Shown in pieces: positions 13,601 to 22,262 of a stretch of DNA of 59,077 nt. Position 1 is the first letter of the stretch. Each line of letters starts with the position of its first letter. The translations under genes were made by a program, and so were the position numbers. The notes below the pieces were generated by a model that was not told the origin of the DNA, made no database searches, and saw only the letters and a list, made by a program, of their open reading frames with translations. The stretch is from Rhizaria sp. SCN 62-66 (lineage: Eukaryota): the NCBI GenBank assembly GCA_001724265.1, contig MEDY01000442.1, positions 1 through 59,077 of the forward strand, given 5' to 3'.

Positions 13601-15292
13601 GGCGCCACCTTCGCCGCCGACCCGCTGTCCGCCGCCGCAGCCGCCGCGACCGCAGCCGCCGCGGGCGTGGATCTCGCGGGCGCGTCCCCGATGGCCTTCC
13701 CCGAGGCCGAGCCCGCGGGCGTGGTCAGCACCACGGCCGACGCCGCCGCCGCTGCCGTTGCGACCGCAATGGCCTTCCCCGACCACACCAGCGTCGCCGA
13801 GTCCGCCTCCGTCGCCGCCACCGCCGCGACGGGTGCGACGGCCGCCACTGTCGACGCCGAGGCTGCCGCCGCTGCCGCGGCCGCGGCTTCGCGCGAGATC
13901 CTGTCTCTGCACTCGCAGCTGCGCGAGGCCGTCGAGGCGCTCACCGCGGCGCGCGCCACCGAGGCCGCCGCCGCGGCCGCCGCGAGCGCCGCGCAGACGG
14001 CCGAGAGCGAGGCGCGCCAGCAGTGCGCGCAGCTGCAGGAGCAGCTGTCCCACGCAGCCGCCGCCGTGGCCGCCGCGCAGGCCGCCGCCGCACAGGCCGC
14101 TGCCGCGCAGAGCGCCGCGGACCCCGAGCTGGTGGCGGCGCTGCGCGCGCGCGTGGCCGCTCTCGAGGCGGGGCAGCTGGCCGCGGTGGACGAGGCCATC
14201 CGCCTCAGCGCCGGGCCCGAGCTCGAGGCCGCCGCCGCCGCCGCTGCGGGTGCCGAAAACGCGGGCGCTGTCGCCGCGCAGGCCGCCGAGGCCGCGCGCA
14301 ACGCCGCAGCCGTGGCTGCGCAAGCCGCGGCCGACGCGGAGGGCAAGACTGGAGAGGAGGGCGAGGCCGCAGCCGCGCACGCCGCCGCCGCTGCCGCCGC
14401 CGCGCATGCCGCCGCCGAGGCCGCCGTGGCCGCCCAGGCTGCCGTGCCGGACGTGTCCTCGCTGCCGACCGACACGCAGCTGCTGCTGGCAAAGCGCGCC
14501 GCGCTGGGGCTGCAGTCGGTGGTGACGCAGTGGCAGGCGTCAAGCCTGGAGATGCGCGCCGCGTACGACGGCGTGGTGGCGCAGGCGCAGCAGCTGCACG
14601 CGCACGCCATGGCGCAGGCCGAGGCTGCCGCGCAGGCGCAGGCCCGCGTCGCCGCCATGGAGGCCGAGGTCGCCAACCTGGCCGCCAACGCCGCGAGTGC
14701 GTCGACCGGCGCCGCTGCCGGTGGCGCCGAGATCGAGGCCGCCGAGACGCGCGTGCGCGCGCTCGAGGCCGAGGCCGCCGAGCTGCGCCGTGCGCTGCAG
14801 GCCGCTGAGCTGGCCGCCTCCGTCGCCGCGTCGTCCTCGCACTCCTACGGCAACAACAGCAACAATACGAACGACGACGACGCGGACGGCCACGCCCGCT
14901 ACGGCGGCCAACAGCACCCCGCGCTGGGCGCGCTGCTGCAGGCCATGTCCCCCACAGGCGACGCGGCCGACGTCGACGTGGGCGAGGCCATCGCGCACGC
15001 GCTGGCCAACGTTGAGGCCGTGGGCGAGCTGCAGGGCGCGCTGGAGGAGGTCACGGTGCGGTGCCGCGAGGCCGAGGCGCAGCTGCAGCTGTTGCGCGCC
15101 GCGGGCATCACCACGCGCTCGCTGGCCGAGAACACGCTCGTGCCCGTCGGCAAGGACGGAGACATCAAGTTCTTCTTCTCCTGCTCCAAGTTCTTCCTCG
15201 CGTCCTTCGCGCTCGTGCTCACCACCGTCATGGTGGCCACCTTCTCCGCGGCAGCGGCCGGCGGCGCGGGCAGCATTCTCGACCTCGACTAA
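1667..15292 (+). CDS. Giant (4541 aa) intronless Ala/Glu/Gln-rich coiled-coil protein with a C-terminal transmembrane tail anchor; golgin/tether-like
   Basis: Uninterrupted ATG-to-TAA frame with consistent GCC/GAG/CTG codon use, flanked by AT-rich DNA. Many heptad-like segments alternate with disordered NPF/DPF-rich linkers. A hydrophobic stretch FFLASFALVLTTVMVATF lies just before the C-terminus. The function is inferred. Confidence 0.85.
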   Translation: MDYFSSMWGAAPAQPQQPPQPPANTADVSGGPGPNHAQPAAAAAPAETHGGPHATPAPSAPEAAGPSYVALIDSALRREMDEPHDDTGAAALGASMTHNITQSWGAPTAPTAAATGATPASAHFHSHADTAATPVQPPQPSVVVAQPQAQYPQGQGLPGRYASATPPLPPSAAHSSHTAQQQQTQLPARPPSAAGSGATIAHMEETLRAAVTAAEAFSAPRIAEFDTLRQQLSHLSAQVDGVHGQNSDLRGRLARAAAERTRLTAEWEAAEARAASAEATAGVLHARVGALAEELAGERTEHAAREAKWGAQETELARAAAAAEAREAALTARLQQLERDAAETAEAAAAGSAAADAEAAAAAATARAAALEQELARLSAAEGAAREYAEAVRAQLVEQGEQFTQRDHARDLRERDLVQQLDAAAAAFAASAGANTEGESSGSSNAAALAAELAGVRARLAEAEAALAAAAADRDAVAQERDAALAERDQVAATWQDYAREQQDRLEAELAQLRTELAAAATNANANNDSAAAAAEIESLRAELAAAREAAADAEDARALVAAEAAEAAQTAAMLQTELDAARTRLSGLDNNSNNSSDEVIGGLRAELEQARAAAAALEAELAASAAEAAATAAALQQAQAENAALSAAAAAAAVEGAANTAAAAAASEAVALAELEARLAATAAEAQRAGEEAAALRVRVAELSQAAEQHVEVQLQLNDRLGAALQQLADAGGKSNSNAPAAPAETESNSGEAGSELAARLAAAEAALAEAREAVAQRDATLQQGAEGYNALYAHATGLAEQLQNLQASVAASASSAANAGAHPEQEAGAAEAESESAEKKSDDATTAAATAAAAAAAAEEVARAQEAAAAAADAAAAAIARAEAAEAAAAAAEAARAEAEAVAAAAEAAKFAAEEAKGAAEYDKAAAEARAAAAEDAAANAAVTAAANAAGSASMLTVTAPPQPFTMGGDGETEGETLFAVPNETADAEAAAIAAVDSAFGSPAVHDPSEQGLGAHGHDAEAHGHGHGASGLNGYFDTPFAVPTDNNSYALPHAHADSSAGTATATATATATETATETEVAALRAELAAARDAAAAAEAAMAAAEAAKAAAEEEAEAAALRAWAEQEQAAEAAQLQLQLSTAQGQLSEAHGQISAAHGQLAAAQGEVEALRALVASLEAAAAATTASAAAPAQDGETKSALGSDHVAPATAVSVTTVDGAAPVELQQQHQQQEANPFAVPTHGNGAFAPVAETGFAADSFAADGGLDLGLGGGVDVDALFGGDDAGFASTDSANPFASVATSDPFAGAADPFAAPMPVPSAADFAATAPATDAAVEADAANPFGAPVESDPFSAPVESNPFGAPADASNPFGASVADAANPFGAPVADGNNPFGAPATAAADPFGAPINGDFGFGGDLNANDDDGMLPTADDIAAAEPIAAAATTAATATTTAVESDSAEPMVPATVAAAAEAAAAEARAEAAAARAETEAARAAAVAAEAAAAEAAAAKNAAEHEVELARAAAAKADARAAQLEAALAAAATSAAAEPAVAAPVAEEDDGVAFHWQAESEPAAAAAAAVGADVNPFGPVCGDAAAALDIDNDDNGAFGLFGSDTNATNANTAEADGAFSFPQDAGFGPSAADPFAAPFSALGAAATANAAAEAAEADAAAMPAPLNSSIIQFAFPGANDDDDGEGEAGNAGDDGGILAVLGHEPAPAVHSHSSRGHSLSHTPVPGLSAADTEAAAAAAAELAALRSQVAALQQQQHAAEAALAEATARAAAAEATAADAAALVAAERDAALARAAAAESAAAAASAAASAASAAAGGDASALVAQLQSAQAEGAAKDEVITRFEAALDKVKTQAKAKLAALRDEKQLATDRADAAEAALAAAQAAAHAAHSDAQAGDSTAAVDAEAAAAAAARLAEVEGQLAAAVAAADAARAEAAQAQAQVAAAQAQWTAWEQELSAARADAAAARAEAATASAEATAAQLELATATAALAAAQTAAAEAEARVAAAEAAAQAATAATEAAADEAEAARAQAAATAQQLADAQAQLAALAAADSERVALAAALEAARAAATAAEEARAAAESARAEVEAGKTAAEAAAAQANEHAAATAAALVAREAQFQEAHAQYAAAHAAAVAAAEAAQAQAAGLTAQLQAQAEQTQEQTQQLQAQLQAQAEANAAAEQAKAAAEEAKAAAEAAARDAAARAAALEQEVAALSASAAAAAAAAEAAAAAVAAARAEWDSDERLARELVQDELAAAEGARRDAAAEADRLREDVAAARAEAAALEHQLAQARADADAAAANAAAANASAAPVDPFASAVPAIPVAVAVSAPAAGDATLALDSLFGGVAEAPPVAVALLDGNATASAVGGADPFAFPLMPPVGTAVAAAEAETAVPKEADNDFFGGGFGGFGANDDSAIAAAAPAFPVFGEFPTAAFPADDDVTVTTNTATATAAATEAAEAAEAAAEEVAALRAALAAAESSADALRAQLADAADATAAAEGAAAEASADADAARAAVVTARLQLEVLQERYAAEKEQLLAAAAANNAPAAAEPEAAVMPAMPAFFGEDASAASVPVTVTVQGEAAAQAEPESTVFGLFGTPLIAPTAAAEPSAATATAGDMGGMGGNGDFDLSDNLVPFWGSEAAEPAPVAVAVSNATDPFAAPVNSVDPFAANADPFAANADPFAPAAATPAAAAETATATEDADAATAAATAAAAAAAVAASAARIAELEAELAATRAAAAESAAAAPSAESVETLQAELHSAQSELGRTRASLSLTESARANAEDYATRLQTELAAAKAQLAAAQTAPASAAQAVHEPEVAGAIGNYFSEIVAPASEPEAAPAEPTAAPAAPTVSEDEIAAARARVAALEAELAAAQTEAATARAESAALQEGADKLIEKYTRAVDKIKELRGTKEQLEAAKAQLEGALAAASAETAAAQAQAAAAAAAASAASALALEAPTPMSLPMPSDPAATAAATEAEADVVSPTLAGAFPDWGSWGSDNTAAAEAAEPTVPATTGGAEDADMEEVEEVVNVEVALDDFNNNTANASANTASTVSAEALAAAEAHAHSAAAEAAALRDEASALKDAVEALEGDVALAREREAAATAAAARELDTVRAELTEAYAQLNALRRDAAIAAAATAAVNAGSVATGGLADSELPANASMALSEADAAAAVVERDAAVARVRALEAVQVELEAKLAELQTALGDVSGAMSAQQGQMQAAQEQWTAQLVQYQQQVQQQMSAQAQQQAAQQAALMAAVGLDPAAPLPEDVQARAAQYYQAQAEAAAAAAAAAAAATAEAAPAAAAATEAETAAAVPEGAAPVSTHHDADADADFANAFDGIGGSAEPEVHAQTEAAPEAVDTDAAAVGVLSAAADAVANDIEAEFAAAAVDAAAAAEAAAAAEAAAAAAAAAVAAPEAAPEAVPEAVAEPAAPESAAPESADVDAAAAAAGTEPAAADTDAAAAAAAAAAERTAAYAALAADDLAARLVALEGQFGQYQAQCGAQMQQYHAAAAQATEQVAQYYAAGQQVQEHAAALAAQVQQLQQQLHDAEARAAAAPADATAAESDSSSAPAVSMPAPAPAPVVANGGDDSSVGVATEAVQVLAVEVAACRAALAVRDVYIAEQAKRLEMLRGLESAKLAEDAEKRKREAAAKAAAKAAKEAAEEAARAKSKTLMGRMFGPKPKQWQPGDPDSEDEGAHPALPPMPASELAFGTELGAPPAAVPARGALWAAVAAAGPLARVDPAAVLADTDGTAVSVAGTPAASTALSAVLSAPPVVTVSNKFQRKERGVSSRYAIEQDDIVADAAAAADDAAAAAAAAALMAAAAAPAFPDATMLGGDAGMDSAAAAAATPVSAAANPWLAGSDAAASEAGGAPGGFGGAMAVARRAAPRSAASSAASAAGDDAALETDGFPGASSVADKLKQLKEKRERERQARQAAAAAAADAALTGGATFAADPLSAAAAAATAAAAGVDLAGASPMAFPEAEPAGVVSTTADAAAAAVATAMAFPDHTSVAESASVAATAATGATAATVDAEAAAAAAAAASREILSLHSQLREAVEALTAARATEAAAAAAASAAQTAESEARQQCAQLQEQLSHAAAAVAAAQAAAAQAAAAQSAADPELVAALRARVAALEAGQLAAVDEAIRLSAGPELEAAAAAAAGAENAGAVAAQAAEAARNAAAVAAQAAADAEGKTGEEGEAAAAHAAAAAAAAHAAAEAAVAAQAAVPDVSSLPTDTQLLLAKRAALGLQSVVTQWQASSLEMRAAYDGVVAQAQQLHAHAMAQAEAAAQAQARVAAMEAEVANLAANAASASTGAAAGGAEIEAAETRVRALEAEAAELRRALQAAELAASVAASSSHSYGNNSNNTNDDDADGHARYGGQQHPALGALLQAMSPTGDAADVDVGEAIAHALANVEAVGELQGALEEVTVRCREAEAQLQLLRAAGITTRSLAENTLVPVGKDGDIKFFFSCSKFFLASFALVLTTVMVATFSAAAAGGAGSILDLD
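5375..5884 (+). repeat. Coding repeat array of NPF/DPF motifs (xNPFGAP-type units)
   Basis: Seven NPF and four DPF tripeptides, e.g. AANPFGAPVESDPFSAPVESNPFGAPADASNPFGASVADAANPFGAPVADGNNPFGAP. Confidence 0.85.
9689..9769 (+). repeat. Second coding array, four DPF motifs
   Basis: DPFAAPVNSVDPFAANADPFAANADPF, encoded by a recurring GACCCCTTCGC unit. Confidence 0.8.
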
Positions 15293-15861
15293 GCTGAGCA
15301 ACGCCACAAACTTTGCGGGGCTTAACGAGTGAGGATCGTACTATATTTGCGCTCTGCGCTTGAACTGTATGTAGTATATACAATATTATGTGATGCGCAC
15401 CGTAGGGCGAATGCTTAATGCGGGTGCGTCACGAAAACAACAACAACCCAAGTTATACGTTGTCTAAATAAGCGATGACTTGACACTGTAATTATTATTT
15501 CAAACATGTTAGCACGTTGAATACACATGCTTCTTCTGTTTTCATACGTATATCACTGCATTTCGATTGTTAAATTATGTTTATTAAATGTCTGATATTG
15601 TCATAGTACACGTCTGTTGTTCGTGTATGCGAGTATATTTGCGTTGCACGCTTGATTTTGATAAAATGAAGAGATGCCTCAAAAAAAGACACCTGGAAAG
15701 AAGAGATATCGTCATGATCACTCGTAATCTTGGACATATGACAATTTGCCTGAACTTTAAATGTTCTCATATAAATGCTCACATTTTATTTGAACCTGAA
15801 AATTGCGTCTGTACGCCGATCCCGTAGACATATCTGGGCAGCGCCTACACCGCCGCCCACA

Positions 15862-18800
15862 ATGTCTAAGTCTCCGCCAAACAAGCACGGGAAGGCCTCA
15901 AGACCTAGGGACCCTGAATCCTCGCCGCGTCTGCCGTCTACCACGCTTGGCCGCACGTCCTCGCTGACTGAAGACATGCTCGCACCTTCCGCCGCGACCG
16001 ATTTCGTCGACACCGACTCCACTGCTGAAGGATCTCACCCCAACAGCTCCCGCTCCGACGCCGCCACCTCGACGGCGCGAAGCGCGGCCACTGCGCGCGC
16101 GCTTGCATTGTCGCCAGGCAGCAGCAATTACCACCCCGCAGCTGCTGCAGCGGTGCGCGGCGCTGTGGCACGGCTCGCTCTATAGCTTGACGCTGAGGCG
16201 CCTGGTGAAGGGAGCTTTTACTTCGCCTCGCCCCCGCTCTCCGCCACCTCTGCCGCTGCCTCGGCGGCGCGCACAGCCGCGACATCTGCGAGCGAGAGCA
16301 AGTTTGATGCGCGTGCTGCTGTCTTGGAGTTGCTTAAGGCGCTTCCGCCTGGAACCACGATCGAAGACGCGCTCCGCACACTCAACAACAGTAACATTAA
16401 CAATGCCAAAACTAAGGCTGCAGCTGCGAGCCCTGAGGGTACAGATGCAGGCGCCAGTGCTGAGCTAGACAGCAATGACTCCTTTGATTCGAACATCTTT
16501 GCAAACACCGACAACATTGACGCTGGCGACAACGACACTGACGACGAAGACGGAGACGACGAGAGCGACGCTGACGCCGACGCGGCGGCGGCAACCGCGA
16601 GCCCCGGCTTTGGGCGCAGAGCGCGCGCGCCCGCGGCCCCGGGCGGGCTGTTGTGCTGCCTGCGCCGCTGCCTGCGCACGCGGCCCGGATGTTACTCGTT
16701 CTACTTCGTGACGCGGTGGCGCGTCACGCGCGCAGTGCTGTTCGCGCTCGCGCTGCTGCTCTTCTCCGCGCTGTTGCACCACGAGCGCGAGGCCATCAAC
16801 ACCAGCGTTCAGTCCGTGCAGACGCTGCTGCAGCGCCCGCGGCCGGGCGCCGCGCTTGCCGCCGCGGGGCTCAAGGCGCATCACCCGATCGTCATCGTGC
16901 CGGGCATCGTGTCCACAGGGCTCGAGGTCTGGCAGGGGCGCGACTGCACGAACGGACTGTTTCGCCAACGCATCTGGGGCTCCACAGTCATGGTGCGCAC
17001 GATCCTGCTCGGCGCTGCGTGCTGGGCTGACCACATGCGGCTTAATTACTCGACGGGACTTGATCCTGATGGAATCAAGGTGCGCGCCGCTGAGGGCATT
17101 GAGGCTGCAGACTATCTGTTGCCTGGTTTCTGGTACGTGTACGCATATTCTTATTTTTTTACTCACCATTTTTCCGTTAATTACATTTCACACACAAAAC
17201 GCTTTGCTAATCTGAATTATCTCCACTTTCTTCACTTTAATTTTGTTGATATCACAGGATCTGGGCCCGCGCAATCGAGGAGTTCGCTGCCGTAGGTTAC
17301 GATCCCTCGTCGCTGGCCCTCATGCCCTACGACTGGCGTCTGTCATACGCTGCGCTGGAGCGTCGCGACGGCTACTTCTCGCGCCTTAAGAGCCAGATCG
17401 AGGCGCTGCACCGCCTCAACGACGGCCGCAAGGTGGTTCTGCTGGCGCACTCGATGGGCTCACCTGTGCTGCACTACTTCTTCAACTGGCTCACCGCACC
17501 CGCCGCGCTGGGCGGCGCGGGCACGCCCGGGGACTGGACGGCGCGGCACATTGAGGCGCAGGTCCACCTGGGCGGCGCGCATCTGGGCGTGCCCAAGGCC
17601 GTGTCTGCGCTGCTCAGCGGCGAGATGAAGGACACGGCCGAGATGAGCGCCTGGCTCGCGGGGCTGCGGCAGCGCGCGCTGCTCAGCAACCTCGAGCTTA
17701 CGGGACTCTTCCGCGGCTTTCACTCTGTCGCGTCTATGTTCCCCAAGGGCGGCGACGGCGTCTGGGGCGGCGACGCGCGCACACTCGCGCGGCGGCCCGA
17801 CGACGGCGACGGCGTGTCGCTCTCCGCGGCCGAGACCTATGCGGCGTCCTCGTCGCTGTTTGACTGGCCGGCACCGGACGCGACGCCGCTGCGCGTGGGC
17901 TCCTGCGTGGCTTCCTACGAGCAGGAGCTCCTCTCCAAGCTCAGCATCATCCCCAGCACCAACAGCAACGCCGATAGCGACTCGTCGGTGGCGAGCCGTC
18001 TACGCGCGGGAGGCCGCGCCGTGCCCGGCGGCGAGGTGACCGCGGCCGCGGTGGGCGCGATGACTGACGCTGCCACTGTGGCCAAGGTTGTTGCGGGCGC
18101 GGCGGGCGCGGCCGTTGAGGCCCCTTCCAAGGCCGCCAAGGCCACGGCTGCGGCGGCCGCGGCGGCCGCGGGCGCGGCTGTTGGCGGCGCTGCCAGTGCG
18201 GCGCGCGCAGCTCTTGCTGGCGTCGTGAACCGCAATCCTAGCGCTATTGGCGACAACAACGCTGTGGACGACGACGGTGCTGACGGCGACGAGGACTGCG
18301 ATGATGGCGACAACGACGACATTGCTGGCCCTCAGGACGCGTATATGCCCTCGTCACTGCGCCATGCCGCCGCGGCGGCCGCCGCCGCTGCGGACGCCTC
18401 GTACCGTCTCCGGCCACGCCCCAACAAGGCTACCGGCGACGACAGCAACGATAATGATGAGCCGGGCTTCCACCCGCACGCGCGCCCCGCCGTCGCCCGC
18501 GCCGCCTCTGCGCCCACTCTGACCCGCCGCTGCAAGCGTCGCGGCGGCGGGCGCATGCGCCAGAGCGCGTTCGGGCAGCTGAGCCGGTCGGCGCAGTCGG
18601 ACTACTATGTGTTCCTGGCTATGCGCGAACTGCGGCGCATCGCGCACCTGCCGACGCCGGGGCCCTGCTCGCTGGCGGCGTGGGCCACGCTCGAGGCCGT
18701 GGAGACGGCGCTCGACGAGGCCGCCATTGCGCGCGCCGAGTCGGCGGCCGCGCACCGCGTGCTCGTGGCTGCGCCGCACGGACTCGTCTCCGCCACGCAA

Positions 18801-21677
18801 GCCGGCGACGGGCCCGACGCTGCTGCCGCCGCTGCTGACGGCGCCATTGCGGGCGTTGAGCTGGCCCCGGACTGGGCGTCGAAGCGCCGGCGCGCACGCT
18901 TCCACCGCTACGCGCGCCTGATGCGCGCCGCCACGGCCGCGATGCGCGAGGGCGACGAAGGCGACCATGGCGACGGCCACGACGACGAACAGGGCGACGC
19001 GGCCGACGGCGACTCCGCGCGCCTGGCCCGCCGCGCCCGCAGCCTTAGCCGCGGGCGCGGGCGCCCCGCCGGACACAGCGCGGCGGAGCGCGAGGAGCGG
19101 TTCGGCGAGAGCCCCGCGGCGCAGTGCAGCGCGATCGCGGTCGAACTGCTCGCGCGACTGCAGGAGCAGGAGCGCCTCGACGCCGCCGCCGCCTTCGCCA
19201 GCTCCGACAGCGCCTTCTCCGCCGCGGGCGGTGCTGGGCTGTCCACGGCCGACAGCGCGGCCGCTGTGTCTGCGCCCGCGTCCAGTGCTACCGGCGCCGC
19301 CCCGGCTGTCGGCGATGGCGTTGAGGGCTGGGCTGCGTCCTCGCGCGCGCGGCTGCAGTCGATCCTCGAGGTGACGCTGCCGCAGGCCGTGCTGGACTCG
19401 TACTTTGACCAGGATGTGCCGCTTCCGGCGGGCGCGCGTGATGTTGCCGCGATGATCGTGTTTAGCGACGTGCACACGCTCGCTGAAGCCGACGCCGCGC
19501 TGGACGCTGAAGAAGCCAATGATCAAGCGAACACGAACAAGGTGAATGCTGCGAACAACAGCGCGGCCAACACCAGTTCGAACGGCATCAACCTCGCAGG
19601 TTCGAGTGCGGGTGCTAAGGCTGAGACGGAGGCTGCGACGCCCGACGAGGTGTGTCAGTGCCCCGCGGACGCCTCTGCGAACGCGAGCATGGCTGATCTC
19701 GCTGCTGCTCCGGTCGCCGACGCTGCTGTTGCTGCTCCTGCCGCAGATGCTGCCACGGCTGCTGCTGCTGAGCCTGCCGCTGCCGACAACGGCACCTCCG
19801 GCAGCGCCGACGTTGCGAGCAAGGCCGACAACGTTGCCACGACTGCGGCGGCCGCGCTGGCCCGCGTACACGCCGCCGCCACAACCGCCGCTTCCGCTGC
19901 CACGACCGCGGCCTCCGCCGCCGCGACCGCCGCAGCCGCCGCCGCGGCCTCCGCGCTGCCGGACAAGCTGCTGCAGCTGATGGACCGCGAGGAGGGCACG
20001 GTCGCGCGCGCGCTGGCCGCGGAGGCGCGGCGCACGCTGGTCGAGAAGGCCTCGCGCCCACTCTGGGCCGCGGTCCGCCCGCCGCTGCGCTCCGCCGCGC
20101 CCGCCACGAATAGCACCGACTCCGCTGGCGGCAGCAACGCGGCGCGCGCGCAAAGCGTCTGCCAGTGCGTCGGCGCCGGTGTAAGCGCCAGTGCAAGCGC
20201 ACCCGCGACGCTGCGGGAGCCGGTCTCGGGGCTGAAGCCGCCCGCACGCGCGCCGTTCCCCTTCGCGGGCACGGGCGCTACGGTGACTTCGGTCGCGCAG
20301 GAGCTGCTGCCGCAGGTGGCGCCGCGCTTCTCGCGCTTCTTGCACTCGAGCTACGCGCTCACGCCGCTTACGCCGCCGCGCTTCAACGACACCGCCAACA
20401 GCACTAGCCAGGCGAGCGCGAGCTCGAGCGCGAGCGCGAGCGCTACAAGTGATGCGAGTACTCATGCCGACGGCGTAGATTTGTCTTTCCTGATGAAGCC
20501 CCCCGCTGACGGATCGCGGTCCATTTTCGCGAACCAGGCGGCGATGTACGCGCAGCGTGCGTGGTCGGACCCGCTGCTGACGCCGCTGCCGCACGCGCCC
20601 GACATGCGCGTGTACGACATCTACGGCGTCGGCAAGCCCGCCGAGCGCGGCTACGTCTACCGCCTCAACCCGGACCCGCTGGAGCGGCGCTTCCTCCCGT
20701 TTTTGATCGACACGCGCGTCAGCAGCAACGAGAACTGGATCAACCGCGGCGTGCGCCTTACTGACGGCGACGGCACTGTGCCGCTCGTCTCCCTCGGCTA
20801 CATGGTACGTTTAATCTGAATATTGAACTTTTCTTTTGTTTATGTGCCTTTTCTGAATCTTTCATCTCACTCCTTCTCACTCTCTTTAAACCTCTATTTA
20901 TTTTGTCTTGTTCTTGATTTCGCCTTGCTGTTACAGTGCGCGCGCGGCTGGGACCCCTCTGCGAACCCCGGTCTGAACCCGTCGGGCGCGCGCTGCACGG
21001 CCCGCGAGTACATCAACCACGGCTCCGACTCGGCCGTCACGGCGGGGCTCAGCGCGCTGCGTCTGCTGGGCGACTCGGGCGACCACGTCGACATTATCGG
21101 CAACGTCGACGTCATCGCCGATGTCATCAAGATCGCCGCCAGGGCCAGTCCCGAGGCCGTGGCGCGCAACCGCCAGGCCGCCGACGACGCCGCCGCCGCT
21201 GCGGAAGCCGCCAGAAAGGTTGCTGCGGCCGCGGCGGAGGCGGAGGCCACTGCCCCGAGCGTGATTGACGCGAGCAGCAGCGCCAACAGCGTTGTCAATA
21301 ATGGCGACAGCGACGGTGATCGCACGTTGAGTGCCGACATCACTGCCGAGGGCGCTGTCAAGACTAACTCTCGCAACAACGGCAACAAGACCAAGAGCAA
21401 CAGCGCGGGCATTGCTGCGAACAACACCAACTCCACGTCTGTTGTTGCCAACGTCAGCATTGCAGCGTCCTCTGCCACCGCGACAACGGCGGCGACGACG
21501 ACGGTTGCGGTTGGCACCGTGGACGCCACGGGCGTTGCGCGCGGCAGCTTCAACGGTTACGCGCTGCAAGAGGGCGAGGCCGTGGACGGCGAGGGCCGCT
21601 TCACGCTCCCAGAGCAGATCTACTCGTGCATTCGCGAGATCGCCGCCAAGGTGCGCCCGCCCAAGCCGCTCGGTTGA
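15862..21677 (+). CDS. PDAT: Phospholipid:diacylglycerol acyltransferase (PDAT/LRO1, LCAT family); exons 15862-17132, 17258-20804, 20937-21677; in-frame TAG at 16183-16185
   Basis: TM segment AVLFALALLLFSALL, then HPIVIVPGIVSTGLEVW, DPDGIKVRAAEG and PYDWRLS. Catalytic motifs AHSMG, DGDGTVPLVS and DHVDIIGN are present, plus WSDPLLTPLPHAPDMRVYDIYGVGKPAERGY. Introns 17133-17257 and 20805-20936 (GTACGT...CAG) join the exons in frame. The 5' start is uncertain because of the TAG. Confidence 0.92.
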
Positions 21678-22140
21678 GCCCCCAGCCAGATGAGTGGCGA
21701 TCACGCAAGTGTCTTGAGGATGACGAGTGTGATGGTGAACTGTTAATGTTTTATTATACGTGTCAACTTGATTGATTTGAGCTTAAATGTTCGTTTGTTT
21801 TTGTTTTTATTTTCTATTCTGTGATCAATTTGATTATTATTCCTCCCAACTAATACACACTCTGGGATTACTCCTGTGTTACGCACTCTGCCTACTGCAC
21901 TTTGCATATTCACATATCTCGCTCGTCTCTTTCATTTTAGTGTGTGTTTTATCGACTATTTCTTGAACTCTTGTCATTTTTTTCTGTATCGCGAATGATT
22001 CAGTGAAGACGTTCTGTAGCTTTATTTGCCTCCACGGTTTCTTGTTCAAACGATCAATAAGTTGATCGATCAAAAACAAACTCACAAACATCTTCAAGTT
22101 GCTTCCACTATAGATAACCTTAAAAAGCCTAAGGCCCACA

Positions 22141-22250
22141 GCTTGCGATCATACCACGATGAAAACACCAGATCCCGTCCGCTCTCTGAAGTTAAACACC
22201 GTTGGGCGCGCTAAGTACTGCGGTAGGTGACTACGACGTGGCCTGCAGCT
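22141..22250 (+). rRNA. 5S rRNA: 5S rRNA gene copy with a degenerate, shortened 3' end (probable pseudogene or 5S-derived element)
   Basis: GCTTGCGATCATACCACGATGAAAACACCAGATCCCGTCCGCTCTCTGAAGTTAAACACCGTTGGGCGCGCTAAGTACTGCGGTAGGTGACTACG is collinear with eukaryotic 5S positions 1-95 (CATACC, GATCCCGTCCG, GAAGTTAA, AGTACT). It then lacks the GGGAA segment and reaches TCTTCTTTTT early. Confidence 0.88.
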
Positions 22251-22251
22251 G

Positions 22252-22262
22252 TTCTTCTTTTT
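22252..22262 (+). terminator. Pol III-type oligo-T terminator after the 5S copy
   Basis: TTCTTCTTTTT immediately downstream of the 5S-like sequence. Confidence 0.5.
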
